Source: Lytechinus pictus (Eukaryota). From it: DNA of 64,000 nt. A program made the position numbers and the translations under genes. Where the stretch lies: NCBI RefSeq assembly GCF_037042905.1, contig NC_087258.1, forward strand, positions 27,838,001-27,902,000, given 5' to 3'. The notes below the pieces were generated by a model. It worked only from the letters and a program-made list of their open reading frames with translations, was not told where the DNA came from and ran no database searches. Below are positions 40,588 to 54,100 of this stretch, piece after piece. Positions within the stretch are counted from its first letter, which is position 1, and the number at the start of each line of letters is the position of its first letter.

Positions 40588-41099
40588 ATTTCCTATTCTG
40601 AATACTCATGATATTGGTAGACTTCCAAAGATGGGATTGATCTGATGAATTGCATCTCTTTGTAAGATAGGGCCCCATGTCTTCATGATCTCTTTTCAAC
40701 CAGACCAGGTAAGGCCAGCTCTATAACAGAGTTTATTTTCACAAATGTGCAACCAACATGTATGTTATTCATGTTGAAGCGTTATCAAAGGTCATGACCT
40801 CCCATGATGAGTGCCTTGCCATATGGCGGCGGACCATACAACACCCATTGTGATTGTTATCCCAACTTGGTGCTACCTCTGAAAATCATTTTTGCTGTTA
40901 TCCCAATCAACTGATCAAACTGTGTAAAGATAGGACGCAGTCATGAGAAGTTTGGATTTCATTGAATATCTATTATCTATGTAAACATCAGTAAATTTAT
41001 AAGTAGGCATATCATAAAAGTACACAAACAAACGCATTTATTCACCGTTAGAAAGTATGAAGGAAGAAATGAAATATATTATTTCTACCATCCCCTTTT

Positions 41100-41400
41100 C
41101 TATTCTCGCTCATAATCACAACTTTTCTTTATCTTCAACATCCCTACTCATCCTTCTTCCTCCTGTTTTCCTTCCTCTTTCCTTCCCTTCATCCCTTATA
41201 GATACCATTCTATCTTCTCCTTCTCCATCTTCTTCTTTTCTTCTTGTTTCCTCTTCTGTTTTAGTTTCTTTTCTCTTGTCTTTTTTTCTCAAGTTTTTCT
41301 TCCTCTTCCATCTCTTCTTTTCTCATCATTTTATTTTTCATCTCTCTCCTCTTCTCTTCTGCTCCAAGACATCCATATCGACCCTTTCCTTGCACTTTTA
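41100..41400. repeat. Pyrimidine-rich (CT) low-complexity tract
   Basis: About 300 bp, C/T-dominated. Similar tracts lie at ~2160-2550, 3310-3480, 4900-5080, 22830-23090, 47500-47715 and 50270-50500. Confidence 0.75.
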
Positions 41401-44400
41401 TCCACCACATTGTTTAGAATTCACATGACATACTCAAGGAATACATTAGTGCAACCAACAGCTTAGAAGCGCAGAGCTGCTGTTTGACTCTCCCTTAACA
41501 CAATTGAACATTTCACAAACCCATGAATTTTGATGGGATCGTGTTGGAATCGGCAAAAAAAGCAAACACCATTCCGCTGCATTTTTCCATCATCGAAGGA
41601 TGAAAATGGATGTCGTAAAAAAGAATTGAATTGTACCGTTACGCGTGAAACACTGTGAAGGTGGTGTTATTTTGCTGTTGGAATATTCATGCTATACAAT
41701 TTGATGACATGGATGCTCAGATCTCCTCAATCATCTCTATTGTATTGATACAGGTACAATAGGTGTGACAGCTATTTGAATTCAAATCATATTAGATGAA
41801 ACACCTTACAAATGGAGATAGTTATGAATGAAATTGAAATAAATTCATATTTTTTAAGGATCAGTATACAGAGGTGCAATTCATTTCTCAAATGAAGCCA
41901 GTTATTTGATATTCAAGCAATCAATTTGCTGTTTACAATAATATGATCAAAGTGAATCTATTTATATTATCCGATTGAAGGTAAATGTATAAACCAATTG
42001 GTCATTGGTATATCATGTATAGTCTTGCAAATTATACTCTTTCTATTATAATCAACTGCGTTTCTTTAAATTGCAGGGGCTCAAATGCAGCTTGGCTGTT
42101 GATAATCAAGGGCTACCACATAGTTAATTTACTTGATGAAATTAATTTCAAATTAATTTTCTTTAAGAAAAAAAAAACATTCAAGATATTTCATGGCATT
42201 CCAGAAATGTAAAATTAATCAGAATATTTCAAAGCCATTGAGTAAAAATTTTGTCCATTTATTCTATAACATTGGGATTATGGATGGTCAGTGATTAAAT
42301 ATAACGATAAATATAATATACCCCTCCCATCTAACTCCTCAACATCTCTTAAGAAGAATATTCAATAAAAAGAGGGCATGCAGGGTAGAGGATATTATAG
42401 ACTGCTGGAGCCATACAAATGACATTTTATTCTCTCAAATCGCTGACTCAACGCTCTCTCTAGAGTAAAGTATTGCTTTTCTCTACTCTAAACCTATTCA
42501 GGAGATATTATCCAAATATTACAGAAAGGACATCCAAGATAAAGGGGGCTATCGAGACAGACTTACGAGGGAATAGAACCCATGCATATTCAGAGACGCG
42601 TCGTCGTCGCCAGCATGGAACACCATGTCATCATCAGAGATGGGTAAAAGAACCTGACCGAGGCAAACCACCATAAATTGCCCGTGCATTCTATAAAGGA
42701 ATACTAAAGGATGCACACAGAATTCATAATAGAGGTTGAAAACAGACCTCTCTATGTATGAAAAAGATGTCAACAAGTTATTTTGAAAATAAAATATGGG
42801 CAAAGGGAGATTACTTGGAAAGGAAAGCAAATTCTAATGATAAAAAATAATATACGTATTGTTACACTGATAGACCCATATTCTTTTAACAAACTTTATT
42901 TTTTTCCATCATGAATACTGGTCAATATTAAATCATTCCCCATGGAAGAATTAATCACCTCGTAAAGTATCATATCAAATCCACAAAATTTATTTCAAAT
43001 TCAGTAAAATGAGGAAAGCAAAAAATTATTCCATGTGCATATAAATTTGCCTTGGGCAAGTCAGAGTAATCCTTATGAGACATAACCCGAATACCCATAT
43101 ACGGGACTGAAGAGATGACTCACTATGAATTATTACATTCCAATATGATTTATATCTTTCAAACAAAAGAGAGAAAGGGCTGAGAAAAGATACAATTAAA
43201 CCTTGCAAATCAGGAATAATATACAGGCATGTGTGAGAAAAAATTAGAAGTAGAATTAATCAATATCCAGAATTCAATGACTAAATAATGAATTTAAAAG
43301 CAACATCTGTTTGAGCAGTATACAGTATATTTGTTTTACTATTGTTGCTATTAACAGTAGCTTTATATTATGAACATATATTATACCCCACTCCCCTCCC
43401 ATAAACACACTCAAGTAAAACTGGACTCCAAGCAGTAAATAAAATAACACATTAATCTTAGTCTATAATGATAAAAAAAACAAATAAAGGGGAACTTAAT
43501 TGAGATATTTATTCCTCTTGAAAGACCAACTAGAAAGACCAATTCTGTTTTATCATGGATACTGTCAGCAAGATAAACAAAGTGGGCAGTGCATATGTGA
43601 TAGCGTGATGACCAACACACAACTAATGTAACAGGAGAGGACAGAAAGAATAGTTTGCACACGTATCGTCGTCTTCATACAATTATTTCATATAAAACAA
43701 ACTCACTCTAAATTGTGAAAGTCATACTTGGTTGACTGAGCCTGCCTAAACAAAATTTGCTTCTCTTATTTCTACCTTACTTCTGTTAGATTTTCAACTC
43801 TCTTCATCGTGGCGAACAAAACAGAATTCATAATATCCTAATTGACGCAATACCATTTCAAATAATTTGTCTTGATATCTATTGGGGGAAAAGTGCAAAG
43901 TATCATTGAACAATATGGTACTAAATTACAAATGATGCCATCTCTTCTCTGGGCATTTATGTTATCTAGATTTTTGTTCAAGATTTCAAAAATTCATTAA
44001 TTTCATTTCCAACACAATACAACAAATAACATGTTTTGAAAATGATGTCATGTACATTCAAAGATTGAATTTTCAAATGCAAAAATAATTCTGGCAGATG
44101 TTATCAGCAATGAAGTTTAGCACCAAATTTATCAAAAGGAAAAAGGGAGTTTTTCCGAGACGTTTGGACTTGACCATTGAAAGAAGTTTTGACCAAACAA
44201 AAGACATGTGACCAATTAGTCTGAGACCATGAAGAAAATGGCCATGACTGAAATATAACCCATTATATTTTCCCCCGGTCATTTTTCAGTCATATTTTGA
44301 CCATTCTTCACACACCAGGTGCAACTTGTATTTTCTTAACGGTGTAAAAAGAAAGCAAACAAGAAAGCAAATGAAACACAAATTGGCAATGAATTTGTTA

Positions 44401-45101
44401 GTGTTCACACAAGGTCTTTGTCAGACCTGATGAGTGGAATTCTTTCATTTTTCTAGCTAACGCCTCCGCCCCAAGGTCGGCCATTTCGTTTTTCATGCAG
44501 GTCATGTAGTCAAATAAATATGCATTCGCACTTCTTGCAAATGAGGTCTAATATTTTTATTTTATGAGAAAATAGTTGTTAACAGCAATAGGCCACCTCC
44601 AGTTATTATCATTTTCAAACATGACTATGAAATGAAAAATGTGCCGGTTAAATATCATCATCAATATCAAAATTAAGGATGAGTGTTAAAAGTGAAATAT
44701 GAGGAATACCAAGTTTTTTTTTCTTTCACATATTTTATTGTTTTAGGGGAGGGATACGGGTTGAATTTGTTAATGCAGAGATTTGCCAAGCTGATATGGA
44801 CCTAAACCATTTATAAAAGTTTTTAAAAAAATCACCATAACTAAGTCTTGAAAATAAATTATTAAAATGTCTTGGTCTGCCTTACAAACTTCATACAAAT
44901 AGAAAATCAAAGCATCATTCTTATATAGGTCACACACACACATGCTGCATGAATGCAGGTGAATTTAATAGAATAATCTTTGTGCATAAATATCTTATGT
45001 ATTACTTGAGGCTCTGAGATTTAAGGCCTGGATATGGTGCAGGGGCTTTCCATAGTCAAATTAACATCACGCTTGAACCCAATTTCCACCGAATATCGCG
45101 C

Positions 45102-45170
45102 GGGAGTGTTTCAATGGAAAATTTGCTCTTAGCCAATCAGACACAAGAATTTCAGCAGCTTATAACAGTT
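45102..45170. mobile_element. Internally deleted fragment of the CCAAT-box MITE family (copy 4)
   Basis: GGGAGTGTTTCA...ATTTGCTCTTAGCCAATCAGA...ATTTCAGCAGCTTATAACAGTTA matches copies 1-3. Confidence 0.6.
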
Positions 45171-48100
45171 ACTCTCTATATTTCTTAACCACAAACCAAG
45201 AAAACAAGACAAGAAGTTTACACAGGGCGAGCTAGAAACCAAGGGGGAAAAATCAGTATCATGTACCCCTCTCTCCATCAGGAAAAAGGCTGAGACAAGC
45301 TGCTCCTGCTAATATACAACACAAGACACCAAACTTTGGATGAATAATTTATGAATATTGACAGAAGCCTAGAAAATATGTGCCTCACATCGGCATGGCA
45401 ACACACATGGAGGCCCAAAATAATTCAAGCTTGATTTCTCTCTCTCTTTCTGATGTACCCTTTTTTCTCTTCTTCATCGGAAGTTCATCTCTTCTCTCTT
45501 TTCCTCCTGCAATGTCTCCTTTTCCCTTGAGGCAATCAAACCCTCTGATCAACTTGTCGACTTTCCACGCACTCTACTACTAATATGCATCCCATCTACG
45601 CTTCACGTCGTATATTTCCCATGGTTTTCATGTTCGCGCCGCCTCAGTGTCTCTACTCTACCATACAAGCTTGGATCTCTGTTAGTATTTCCCACTCAAC
45701 AATTCAGTTTCATGATTTTTCCTCTATTATTTATAAAACCCCCTCTGTCGAACATTCCATCTCTGGAAATGAGATGGTCTTAATATGTGACATGAATGTA
45801 TGTCAGTTAATTTCATGCACTTAATACCTAGCAGAAAATGAGCTAATATAGGGATCATTATAGGATCAATTCATCCGCCCTCATTACATATGTCTTCATT
45901 AATCCATGATAGCCAAGTGGTTACGTTATAAACTAAATTGCCATTTCTAGATGAAAATTCCATTATAATGAGAATTCAATTATGAAAGCCTCGCATCTGA
46001 AAACATTCTAAAAATGAGAAAAATCAACAAAATATCTCATATGCACATGCAGGATTTATCCTATCAGATTTTATAATTTATAACTGAGGAATACTCTAAT
46101 AAAAAAAGAAACTGTATGTTCCCATGGAAATGTGTAACTAAATTACCCAATAGAGTTGAAAATTCATCTCAAAAGAAGAGCTTAGAATTGTCCAAATTCA
46201 AATTCTTCCCTCAAAATTGAGGATGGTTGGGAGGTCTAAACTAATACTTCTTTACCATGTTTAGCAACTAAGATATAAATGGCAAATCAATATTGTAGAT
46301 CAAAATTCAAGTTAAAAAAACATACAGAGACACAAATATAGATTAGTTAAGATATTTTGATACTAAGACCTCTTAGAGGTAAAAGAAATACATCTCTGGA
46401 TGTGAAGAGCCATGAGATATTGTTTATGGGTTTAGAAATGCAACCATGCAGGAGGAAACATCTAACAAATCAGTGAAATATACGACTGATATGACTCCAT
46501 TGATACCATGGGAATGATTAATGGGAGTATGAACGTGCCCCCAATGTTACCATCATTATTCAAAATCCAATTAAACCAATCCCATAGTCAAATCTCAATA
46601 GCAAAGATTGAAGCATTTTTCTCTCTAAAAAATAATTCCTCATTTATGCTATGACTGAAATTGAGAAAGAAACGAATGTAAAAGATCGTCTATGCCACAA
46701 GTCACCGCTTTTATTATCCGTTTTTATCAGAAATCTCAAATGCCATATTTTTCCTTCTTTGTGTGTTTAGGCTTTTGTGATTTAGTCAATAGCACTTTTA
46801 AGGGCTCGCAATGCAATTGTTTCTTTTGACAATTTGGCGTTTCTTTCAGACTTCTCTCAAAAAGCTTTCATGATCTGTCAGAAAACAGAATTGTCCTCCT
46901 CCGTCGCTGTCAACAAATATTCACATTAATGATGAACAGGCAACATAGAAGGCAGATTTCCACTTCCAAGGAGTAAAGTAGTATCTTTAACTTCCTTTGA
47001 TACAGGAGAAAGAATATTTGTTGAAACGGTCTGGACTCTTAAGAAACATACACGCGAGATTTATTTGAAAATGCAATTGCACTTTAAAGTATAGATAAAA
47101 GATTTGTGCTATCACCTAATAATAAACTAAGATATCGCTTATAATATCTCTGAGTACATTTGTTAGGCATGATATAGCCTATAGGTGGCCATCCTTTAAG
47201 ATAATGTAGTTAATTCTCCATAGGTATCTCCAATGAGGCTATGGTATTATCTGTGTGAGGCTCATAGCATGACCTCTTTTATTTTGTTCAGGTATACTAA
47301 AATAAACGAAATATAAGGAAAGATGGGAAGGTTAATGGAGTACGGAGGTGTAGAGGCCTGATTTTGGGAAAGTGAAGCTTGCAATATAAATCAAACTGGA
47401 ACACACATACCCCATGAGATATAGCTTACAAACAAATGAGAGAGCTAGTGAAAGATGAAAGTTAAAGAGAGAGAGAGAGAGCAGATGGAAATTGCTGTAT
47501 CTTGTTTGATTTATTGTCTATCCCTTCTTTCTCCTCAATGTCTCTCTTACATGTATTTTTCTCTCATTTCTCTCCGTCTCTTTCAACTTTTCTTTCTTTC
47601 TATTTCTTTCACATCCCTGTCCTTTCCTTCTATACCTCCTTTGCCTTCATTGTTCTCTTCCTCTTCTACATCGTTCCTTTCTTCAATCCATCTCACTTTC
47701 TTTTCGCTCCCTTACATCAAATTTTAAATCATTTCAAAAGGTCTTTTTCACCTGTGAAGAATACACCCATGACTTGGCCGCCCTCTAACAAGTTGCTTAG
47801 GCATTGTCATGAACACAAGCATTTGATATGCAATGTGCTCTATTCAATGCCAGTCTGAAACTTGAGCTGTAGTAATTTTTCCCTCTTTCAAGCAGTGCTT
47901 TCTAATTTTGATGTGTGTTTTGGATCAATCTTTTTTCACAAATCATACCATAGTAGAAAGTCAGATAGAGCTGATAAAAGGGGGTTGCTGTGGATATGGT
48001 GGAGTGGAAAAAGCCCTGTTTGAATGAAATGTCTAGCTTCAACAGTAAGATTGTAACATGATCTTAAACAGCTTTGCATAGTTCTCTTCATTCCAAGGAC

Positions 48101-51100
48101 AATACTTGCAAAACAAACTACTGCTTCATGAAAGTGAAATGAGATTGATTATAATCATCTAAATTCATGGGCTCAGTAATGCTTTACTAGTAATATATCA
48201 TCAAGTATTATTAACCCTTTGAATACTTAATTTGTTTGTTCCCATTCATTTCCATAGAGGGACATCTCATTCCTCTTGACAGTGGGTTCAATTATTGGTT
48301 GTGCTATAATTCTGTCATAGAAAAGGAAAATGGTTTCCTGGAAAAGTAACTTTATTCAATTAATCATTTGTGAGAGACTCCACAACCATTAAATATCATT
48401 TTTTGGTTCATATGAAGCTTTTTATTATCTTTTAGTTATAATTCCTTGTAAATATAAGTCATTTTTCAAATGCACTTCTGGTCTTTCAAGTTGAATGTTA
48501 CAATTTACATAAGAACATGAAATTGCAAACAATCCTTGCAATGAAATAAACTTGTTAATATAAAAACTTAAGAACAATGATACTGCAGTTCTTAAATGTC
48601 AAACACAAGATAAGCCTGAAGCACTGCTTTAGAATAAGCCTTCATCATCAAAATAGAAAATGAAGTTTAAGATCATTTTCTCCTGCATCCATCTGAAATA
48701 TTAGCCAGGATTAAAATTTTCCCTTTTGTGCAATCTTGTCAGCAAGATTTGGCATATGGGGGTAAAAATGCAGTTGTATATATTACATGTCACATATTTT
48801 TACCCATCCTGGTGGTGGATTAGAACTCTAGCTGCTCGGTTTGCACGCTTCCTCGAGCAAAACAAAAATTATCTTCAAAGACGAAGAAGGAGAAGAAGGA
48901 ATGCCATATTTCTGTGTGTTTGTCATCGGATGTAATGCAAAGACTGTCTCTGAAAATAAATACGACAAACCTTGCATGACAAGTAGGATGAGAAATGAAA
49001 AATATCTCTTGAAGAAAGATTCAAGGTTTTAAGACCATTTTTCTTCTTTGTTGGTTATGTTTGAAACATCACCTCCTCAAAAATGTATAAGGTATTATGT
49101 TCTATATCTGTATTTTTATGCAAAGACCAATAAAAAAAACCTTTTGCTGAATAGTGTTGAAATGAAATAAATTATAATATAAATACAAAATAATAAAATC
49201 TCATATAATTGAGAAGTAACAAATTTGCCATTATCAGATTCGCAAATATTTCCTAATAAGATAAAAGAGAAAACTATAATATCAACGATTCTCTTCTCAT
49301 TTGTCTTACTTTTATATTAAATTTTTAATTTTAATGAATTATGGGCATCACTGCATAAAATATCAATATGTTCCTTATTAATTTCTTGCTAACATTCTAT
49401 TCCATTCAGTAAAGATTACCAAATACCATCTTTCTAAAAATGACAAAGATGGGAGATAACGGAACCTTTTCCAACATGTGGTTTAAATTTTATCACTTTT
49501 TTCAATACTTCCATTCATGAAATTACAATAAAGGTAAACCTCATAAAAATCCATATACCACACTCCTATTACCTCCAATGTCTGCAGAGATTTCTATCAT
49601 AAAGGGAAGATGGGCGATGATGTATGTCTCATGTAACAAGTTATTTTGTCTAATGTTTTGTTGTACATGTGTGTGTGGTATCTACGAATAGAAAGTGTGT
49701 CAGCATTCGCACTCCCTTGTCTGGTTACAGAACTTGAAACTTTTCACACCCGCACAAAAACGGCATAAATGCTGTTTCTCTTTCTGATGAAAAGGTCAAA
49801 GCATCCCACAAGTTCTACTTCATAACATTTGTACAGGACAGAATACAATAGCATTCCCAATAGCTGTGTATGTAAATGTGGCCTGGAAAACCATGCTTCA
49901 CTGGCCAATTCTGGCCGAACTGGAGCAAATTTCTCTTCGCTTCGTTTGAGAAAAACTCCCTTCTCGTTGCCGCAACTTGCTCGTTTCGAAATCCTTTCTC
50001 GGGTTATGGTCGGATACATGACATTTAGACTAGTATGTAGGCCACTGAGCAATATTCTCAATTCACTACTACTGAAGAAGTCTTCAATTTCAAACACAGC
50101 TTGTGACACTGATTTTGACCTGAAAATAAGTATCAAAGAGAGGCTATTAGAGTAGTCTTGCATGAAGAACCGTTTATTACGTCACCTCTGTGCTTTGTTT
50201 CCCTTTTATCCTACTTTAAATCCATCTATCTATCCTAGGGTTTTTATTCATCCATCTCTAAAAAATAAGGTCCCTATATCTTCCCCATCTGCACTCACAA
50301 TCTCTCTCTTCCTCTCCTATCTGTTATTTTCTTTCTCTCCATTTCTACATTTATCACTCTATTAATTCATCCTTTCTAAATTATATCAATCTGTCTATTT
50401 ATCTGTGTCTTTATTTACTCTATTGCTTTTCCCTCTAATTTTCTCAAATATTTTCCTTCCTTCCCTTTTCTTTCTACTCTCTGCTCATTCCAATTTCTTC
50501 TGATCTCGGTACATTACAATCTATGTCATTGATTCATCTACCTAATAATGACAATTCATCTAGATATTTATTGTTAAATCTAAATAACTTTGTCTAACGT
50601 TTATCCACCGAATCTTCCAATCGCACATTTAAAACCATTTCAATTCCAAACCATCCATTGAGTCTGCAATTGTAGCCTATGCTTTCAATGGTCATTCACA
50701 TTGGTCTTTATTACTTTCCTCCTCCTTGCATCCTCTTTCCATTCCCTGGTAACTCTCCCTATCCTATCCTAATCACGAATGGGTTCACATCCTAATCAAA
50801 GTCTATCACAAGAGGACACAGCCAGAGAAACATGCTTTTATTGCAATTTCACCAAAATTGGCAGTGCTCTGGATCGCTTCTGCTCATATACCCAAGCACT
50901 TACTCCCCATTTCAGGAAGAGGTGCATAGAAACCAGAATTACAGTGTATAGCCTATAGGCCTATTGGTATGGTATACCATTCAGATTCTTTAGAGCTGAA
51001 AGGTCATTAGCTTTTATGCTTTAAACTACAGTAAGTTTCCTTCTTAACAGATAATATTACAACTCAGGATTAGGCCTATAAATCATCTGTTTGTAGCAAG

Positions 51101-54100
51101 AATGATGTTCCTACAAGCTCTTCTGGTTCAAAAATGAAACTAGCATTACAAGTGGAAAAATTCAGTTATGCCCCTTTGGTTTTAAAATGCAATTTCATGT
51201 TTAACAATATTTACTAGGCCTTTAGCATTCACTTTATTTAATTTTAATTAAATGTAAAATGCAGAGAGGAGCTAAGCCATTCTGATTTCAAATCAATATT
51301 TTTTTAGTTGTTTTTAAATGACAATTTGGCACCATATAAGTCCAATTTATTATTATCATAAAAAATAAATATTTTCCACAGATTTATGGATGCCTATCAA
51401 ACCTACTATGATTTAGAAAGTCTCTTTCAATGTTTATTTTTCAACAACCAGTTGGTATGTTGCTAATGCATCTTGTTGATATCAGTAAGGCAACCCGACT
51501 AGAACTAGCTCCATGATGATATATGACTAAAGTAGCACACGTTGTAAGTCGCTATTTGCCAGGCCTGGGAATATTAAAATAATTTCAAATGCAGTAGTCT
51601 CTGAAAGATAAGTTTTAACATGTTTATCAAAAATTTTGAATTTCCAAATTATTTCAGTTTCATTAGTCAAAAGCATGGTGTGAGAAGGAAGGGAATAGCA
51701 CTAAGAAAAGCTATGAAATATCAATTGTATATAGGTTAATGTTAATAAAAATTAAAACAAATCCATTTAAGCAAAAAACATCTGCAATATCGAAGGTAAA
51801 ATTTACATTAATAAAGTGTTCAATTAGAGTCAGAAAACATTTTTTCCACATGATGGCAGAAATCTCATAGTTTTATGCTTTCAGGCGAATATAGAATGAT
51901 GTATGTTCATAGAGATTAACCACTGTTCATTGTGCCGCAAATGAATACAGCAAGAAATATTGATTGAACAAAGAATGTCTAATTTCATGAATCAAATACG
52001 AGCAAGTTGGTCTTGGTTCATTGCTTACACCTATGGAATGAAAATATATCATTGGAAAACATCTCAAGTGAGGTGGAGATATTCATTGCTTGAACTCGTA
52101 GAAAAGTACATGGAAATGTCTAAATGAGTAGTGCAATTATACATTTATACAATTATGATTGATACTGCACGCCATGGTATTGTTGAAGCATGTTGAGGGC
52201 GCTTTGATCTTGAGCAGTAGATGTGACAACCAATTCATCACATCTAAATGGAGGTATAAAAGCTCCAAATGGATAAACAAAGTTTTGGATGAATAATGGA
52301 TCTCAGAAATGGATGAAATTCACCACAGGATCCCAGCAGTGGTTAAAAACATAACATCTCTGGCGAGACTGTATGCATACAAAATTCTCTCCGTCTCCTT
52401 TCGCACTTTTCTAAAATTAACTCTGCGCGGACATTCAGACAGACAACTCTCCTGCCACAAATTCTCTACCTATCATGTAAGCACTTGAAATTAAGGACTC
52501 AAAAGAAAGAATGTAAGAACGCAACTTACAAAGTACATACTTGAAATATAGCGTTTGAGTGACGCGTTAGAGAATGAAGTCACTTCAGCTCTATGTAGTG
52601 ATCAATTTTCCCACTGCTTTCAAGAGTTTTAACGCTCTGTTTCTTAAAGCTCGGACCCATTTGCTTTCTCACTTGCTTGTTTCATTGCCTCAGAGATCAT
52701 AGATTGCAACATGCAACACCCTAACAAATCAGAAGATGTTTCTTTAAATAAGGATATAAATCTAAAGTCCCGGGTTAGAACCGAAATCTACAGTAGATCT
52801 TGACACATTAAAAAAATATAGATTTCCCACAATGATTTTTTTTTAGGGGGGTATTATTTTTTTGTTACAGCTGACTCTCAGACTGCCTTAAAAACACACA
52901 TTATTTCATTGAAGAACTGCAATAGGGCCTATTTCTTTTCTCTTGTGTATCTAATAAGGCACTAAATCACAATATTAACTTAAATATCAAGGTATACTTA
53001 ATTTAAACTACAAAACAAATTAATATCTATTTTTAAAAAATACATCAACAAATAGGGAAAAGGAAAGAGAAAGAATTTACAAAATGAGAACATGAAGAGT
53101 TGTTTGATAACGCAATATGCAAAGCAGTACACATTGACAATCTATCTACACTGTGAATTTCAAACATAAATGCTCACAGGTAATGCAAAGATGGAGACAA
53201 TAGTAATAAATGGTAAAGATAATCATTGTGTTTCAATAAAGCGTTAGATTTCATCAGAATTAGGACAATATTAAGAACAGTGTACAGTAAAAGGAGGTAA
53301 TGAATGACTTTTTGGTGAAATTGATGATCTTGTAAATGTGATTTTCCCTTTAAAACGTCATCAAACAAAGCCTGGAGAGTGTTTTTAAGTAGCTATCCAT
53401 CACTGGGGGATGCAAGCTTCAAACTCTCTTCCAATTCTCTTCCTTTTCTGATTGATTTCAGAGCTAATCTCTGTCCCGATACAAACCTCCATCTCAACAT
53501 CGTCTTCCCTCAAGGCTCTTTATGTTCACCTTATTCTTTTTTTCCTCCTCCAGTACATACCCCATGAAAATGGTTCTGAGAACACATTTCAATGGATACA
53601 AGGTACAGTGGGGATGAAAAGGAAGTCCATCTGAATGAACTTTGCAATTTCAATACCCAATCTAAATACAAGTTCTTTAAATTTTTTCTAAGAATATATA
53701 TTAAACTACCCTTTTTAGAATGATATTTTTTTATTATTCATATCTTCATTACATTCATTTTAACTGATTTTTTTTTAAACCTACATTATCTGTTATAAAA
53801 GTGTTTGAAAGGCATTTCTTTACATCAGCACTTTAAAAAAAATGAAACATAAATTAACATCAAATAAAAACCTTTCTTATACTGAATAGTGTGAATTCAA
53901 TATATTCCAGTCTTCCACATTTCGAAATTAGAAAACTCTGGTATTTTGAAATTGAATCTGGATTCTTAAATTCAGGCTTGAAGCTTCCTTCCATATGGGG
54001 CTGTATATATTATCAGCATGAATGAGAATCGGTAAGCCAATGTACCTAGCTATCTTCCTTTGGCCAATAAATCAAGCTCCTAAATGCACCAGGCTTATCT

